Positions 59,201 through 64,000 of a stretch of 64,000 nucleotides of DNA are shown piece by piece; positions within the stretch are counted from its first letter, which is position 1; each line of letters begins with the position of its first letter. Source of the DNA: Lytechinus pictus. Taxonomy: Eukaryota. The notes beneath the pieces are model-generated. The model saw only the letters and a list, made by a program, of their open reading frames with translations, did no database searches and was not told the DNA's origin. Both the position numbers and the translations under genes were made by a program. The stretch is taken from positions 43,588,001 through 43,652,000 of the forward strand of contig NC_087251.1 in the NCBI RefSeq assembly GCF_037042905.1, read 5' to 3'.

Positions 59201-61701
59201 CTGTAAAATAGTAAATTGGAATTGAAAGATAAAGTGGATGTTAACTTATCAACAATAATACAGCACACCTTTCTCCTGATACAACATTTATAACATTTGA
59301 GTTGCATTTGACTGTAGCAACATTACCATGAACTGATTGATGAATTCACCCCTTTGGCGGATTCCATGTAGAGTTGCAAGAATGGACAAAGTGGCCTAGA
59401 GGTTAAGCAGTTAGTTCCTAAGGTACCTTGACAAATGTTGCTTACACAGCCCCCCCCCCCCCCTAACTATGCAGGATTCACTGTAGTTTTCAGGATCCCC
59501 ATTTCTATCGAGCGTTGTCTCTCCTGCAACATATGTTGATGTGCTTCAATACAAGTATTTAAATACAAGTTAAGAACCTATTTATTTTCTGAATGACATC
59601 CCTTTTATGTAGGCACTAAGAGAGTTTACCATCATGTTAAGTTGTACTGTAAAGTACTTTGAGCATGTCTCAATGAAAAAGCGATAATGTATGCACAGTG
59701 AAACCTGCTGATAGTCACCACCCAAGGGAAACCCACAATGTGGCCTTTATACTTATAGACAGGTGGCTGCTATAGACAGGTTCTTCCACACAATCTCCCT
59801 CCATGGGAATCGGTTTTAGTGGTCATTGTAGGCAGGTAGCTGCTATAGACAGGTTATTATACACACAACGGAAATCGGTTTTTGTGGTTACTATAGACAA
59901 GTGGCTGCAATAAAATTGTTTGCAATAGGCGCATGCATGATTTGTGTGTACTTCGCTATGCAGCTTGCACTCGACCGAACAAAGACGAACCAAACAAGCC
60001 ATCTGACAGAGTCTCCCACCCTCAGTGGCAATTTCGTTCGCTGCTCCAAGATCATTATGGTATACGGGCTTGCCGTAGGGATAAGCGAATGAAATTGATC
60101 GTACATGGATTTCGAGCGGGCACTCCCTTTAATGTGACACAAACCATTGTTTCTAGGTTCAAAACAACATTAGGCCAGCAGATAGGAGATACATTGTATA
60201 CATTATCTACAAAACAGACCTCCTCAGAGGACTTGGGCAAATTGGTACCAAGATGCTTCTAATCAAACATACTGTTTCACAACGAGTTAAGTATGGCTTA
60301 GAGTCATACTTAAATACCGACACGAACACGATACGTAACATGCAATCTTAATTATTAATACGAAGTAGCGCATGTCATCTTAACATGTTTTGACCAATGC
60401 TGTGATGTCTTTACGCAACTGGAATCTATAGTGCGACTCTAAGTCACACTTAACTCTTTCGGCGTGTTTCTACAGAGAATTGTTAAAAACTTTTCCGGAA
60501 TCAAAAACCGTATCGCCCTTAAACCAACCTGTTTCTACAGAGCGAATAATCCGATTATCCGGTTAAATGGGTTAACACAGCAATAACCACCTCCCAGAGG
60601 TGGTTAGGAGAAACCATATTTTGGTTTATCAATAAACTGCAACAAGTCTGTTTCTTCAGGGAAGTTTTTAAGAATTCTGGATACTTACACAGGTAATACC
60701 GTTTTAATAACGATTCTCTGTAGAAACACGCCATTTGTAAAACACCCGCTTGGTACGTTTTCCTGGATGTTTTAGTTCAGACAGACCTACTCAATTCTAA
60801 TAAATATGAAAAGGCAAGGTATCTCAGTCACTAATCTTTCATTTCTTTGTTAATTGAAGAGGGGAAAGTCAAACTAATAGTAAGGGAAATGAACGCTGTG
60901 AAGAAGCAATTTCCTTTTTAAATATATTATTAGAGCAGCGTGTTATCTAAGTTTTATAGTTCTTTCACCCTTTTGACATACATGTACATTTATTTCAAAA
61001 ACAGAATTAGATTTCTTTGGAAATGTATAATAAAGTACAGGAGACTTGTGAACTTTAGTCAAGCAGCAAAATACCAATGTTCTAAATCTAATGCAGTTTT
61101 GGAACCTGATTTCGACCTGAAGGTGATATGCTTTTCCAAATGCAATACATGTCCTACTCTCAAGGAGGGAGTACACGCAGCCTTTTCTCGCTATGTGAAT
61201 TTGCAAACCGCAAGATCCTATGATATACATTACAGGAGAAAGGTGTGATTACATTAAACTGCTTTCACCATAAAACCCGCAACCATACAGTAACCTTCAA
61301 TCATACGCATGGTAACATAAAAATGTGAGGTAAAATGCGTATCGATCGGTTCTGATCGGGGTGTAATACATAAGGAATGATCGTATTTCAATGTGGGTAA
61401 ACTTCCTGGAGAAACAGGAAATTAACTCCTTTTTATGGCTGCAATTCATTGTCCTCTACTTTTCCTCGTTATCATGGTTATAAAAAGGACTTGTTCAATG
61501 TACAAGTTAGAATTACTAATGACAAACACTGCTGTAGAATAGCTGGTTGGTAAGCCAATAAATTATTGATCGATGTCAATTAGCTCTACATGACTATAAC
61601 ATTATTATGTGGCAAATTTGAATCCACATGGATAGTGAAGTGATTTAAAGTTTATGCCACTTAAAAAAAATCATAACTATTCATCCAATATTGATCAAAC
61701 T

Positions 61702-62290
61702 TTAAAGGACAAGTCCACCCCAACAATAAGTTGATTTGAATAAAAAGAGAAAAATCCAACAAGCATAACACTGAAAATTTCATCAAATTCGGATGTAAAA
61801 TAAGAAAGTTATGTTTTAAAGTTTTGCTTAATTTCACAAAACAGTTATATGCACATCCTGGCTGGTATGCAAATGAGGAAACTATGACGTCATCCACTCA
61901 CTATTTCTTTTGTATTTTATTATATGAAATATTCTAATTTTCTCCTCATTGTCAAGTAATACAACGATTAATTCCTCCCTGAACATGTGGAATTAGCATT
62001 GTTTAATACTATATGGTTCAGTCAAGTTGGTCCTTATTGTCAAATCTAAAAAAAATGAAATATTGTATAATTCAAACAATAAAAAACAAAAGAAATACTG
62101 AGTGATTGACATCATCGACTGACTCACCTAGTTGTGCATATCACTGTTTTGTGAAAAATAAGCAAAACTTTAAAATGTCATAACTTTCTTATTTTACATC
62201 CGATTTCGATGAAATTTTCAGCACTATGCTAGTTTGATTTTTCTCTGTTTATTAAAATCAACATTTTCCTGGGGTGGACTTGACCTTTAA
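61702..62290. mobile_element. Kolobok/T2-like element, copy 2
   Basis: Highly similar to 36132-36737; TTAAAGG...CCTTTAA termini. Confidence 0.85.
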
Positions 62291-63568
62291 TACATCAATC
62301 TCTGACCCCCCCCCCCTTCAAAACCAGGCAAACTGTACAACAAAGAAAATCTATAACTACCTCAGGACGTATTTTGCACAATACCAAATGGAGATATACC
62401 TTATGTATATTGCCTCAACACAACTGGGAAAACAAAAACAGAGGAAACAGAATGATCCAATTTGGGGTGAAAAGCATTTTCATTTAGCACATCAAAGAGC
62501 AGAACGCTGTAATATAACAGGACAATAACACCTCTACCTAAGGGCATGGATCCTAAGGGTAGAAGATGGATCCATAATGGCTTTGAAAACAAACACACGG
62601 AAGCCTTCTCGGAGTCTAATAAATAATCAACCAACTAATATCTCTATTTCATTGCTGCATTACCCTTTTTTCTAAGACCTGAGGAGAGTTGAAAGAGGCA
62701 ACATGTCAGAGATATTCATTGACAACTGTCATAAGCTACTGATATCCTTGTTTCTGATTGGTGGAAGGAAATTTCTAAGAGCAATCAACTGACAAGACAC
62801 TTCACGACAGTTATAAATTCTTTATTAAATTCAATATGAGTTTATGATTGGGTTTTATCAATGAGTAGCGAACAGTAATCTTTATCATTTCGAAACAATT
62901 TGAAAATGCAATTAGAGAATTCAATTTGAAGAGGAACATGTGTAAAATTGAAGAATTGCATATTTCACTTGGTTTTGATGAGGATTAAGTACTTTGCATT
63001 GATAATAGAATTTAATTTCAATCAAATCCTACTGGAACGAAATGGTTTCTCATTAGATTGAGGCTGTAATCTACTGGAACTAAAAACCATGTTTCATAAA
63101 TAAGAGTCTCATTCTTCATCACATTCAACTTCATTCCTGTATATGATTATAATTCAGATTCCCATTTTGTTCTGGATATTTCAGAATAATGATTAAGTTA
63201 AGCATACCATACACCCAGTTTAAGGAAATAATAGCTGAAGATGTGACACGCACTGAATACTAAAACTTCTCTGTGACAAGGGCTATAAATGCCACATATA
63301 GATAAATGATAAATGTTTTATTACGTAGCCTGCGAATAGTTATTTTCATATCAAAATTATATTCATATCAAAATCTGAGTGATTGAATAATGCCTATTTC
63401 TATGTAATAGATCTATATCTAATTTTGTTATAAAGGCGTTTGTTAAGAGTTTAATTTTCACTTTTTAATTTAAAAAACTATTATTTTGAACCATGGGGAA
63501 AATTGGTAAAATGGATGGGGTTACGCTAAACCTCAACATATATCCCCAAAGATTTCATCTATGGAAAG

Positions 63569-64000
63569 CAACCGCGTAGCCAGGATTTCATTTTGGAGGG
63601 GGCGGTAAATGCACGCGAAGCGTGCCAACACTTACAGAGCGCGCGAAGCGCGCTCCCTAGGGGGGTGGGTGCAGGGAGGGGGAGTTTCCCCCTCCCTTGC
63701 GAAGCGCGAAGCTTTTGGTGTTTCATAAATTAAAATGAAAAGGAGCCGTCTCTCTTGTCTCTAGTACCTATATCAGCTCCAATTCAGTTGACTATATTGT
63801 GATTTTGAACATTGTTTTCAAGTGATTGTGAACGCACAAAAAGGAATACAATTAATGGAGGAAATTAAAATCATAATAACCTCGCGCGAAGCGAAGCGCG
63901 GAAGCTAAAGCGTTTTATCAATTTTTTGCCATGAAAAGGGTCCCGAGAAAAGGGTATTCTCAAAGATATATTGAATACTTCCCTTGGAAAGATCAGATTT
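63569..64000. mobile_element. 5' part of a hAT-like element related in style to 2736-4198 (cut by the window end)
   Basis: caaccgcgtagccagg start and gcgcgcgaagcgcgc internal motifs. Confidence 0.55.

Noticed and set aside
59891..60262. Overlapping 60-110 aa ORFs in a CpG-richer patch
   Set aside because: No recognisable PLC or transposase motif in any frame. The expected upstream PLC exon (...LGLPSGK) is not found here.

Overview
Eukaryotic, intron-rich animal genomic DNA. The repeat landscape resembles a sea urchin genome (inference). Two genes lie tail-to-tail. (1) Plus strand, 70-1625: the last two coding exons of a glutamate carboxypeptidase II / NAALADase (FOLH1/NAALAD2-like, M28B) gene. 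(2) Minus strand, 59200 to 12898: 25 phase-consistent exons of a phospholipase C beta-4 (PLCB4/NorpA-type) gene, running from the EF hands through X, Y, C2 and the coiled-coil CTD to a PDZ-ligand-like C-terminus; the PH-domain exons are outside the window. The introns hold many MITEs (Harbinger-, Kolobok-, hAT-, P- and CACTA-like), tRNA-derived SINEs, a Helentron-like element, a 48-bp minisatellite and a ~850-bp (GTA)n tract. The most striking signals concern splicing of the PLC gene: a 939-nt AG-exclusion zone rich in YCAY/UGCAUG motifs ahead of a pair of in-frame alternative acceptors in the autoinhibitory X-Y linker; an 84-nt acidic cassette exon and several candidate microexons in that linker intron; a tandemly duplicated last exon giving two alternative C-termini; a candidate frameshifting 16-nt exon in the CTD; and a U12-type intron.
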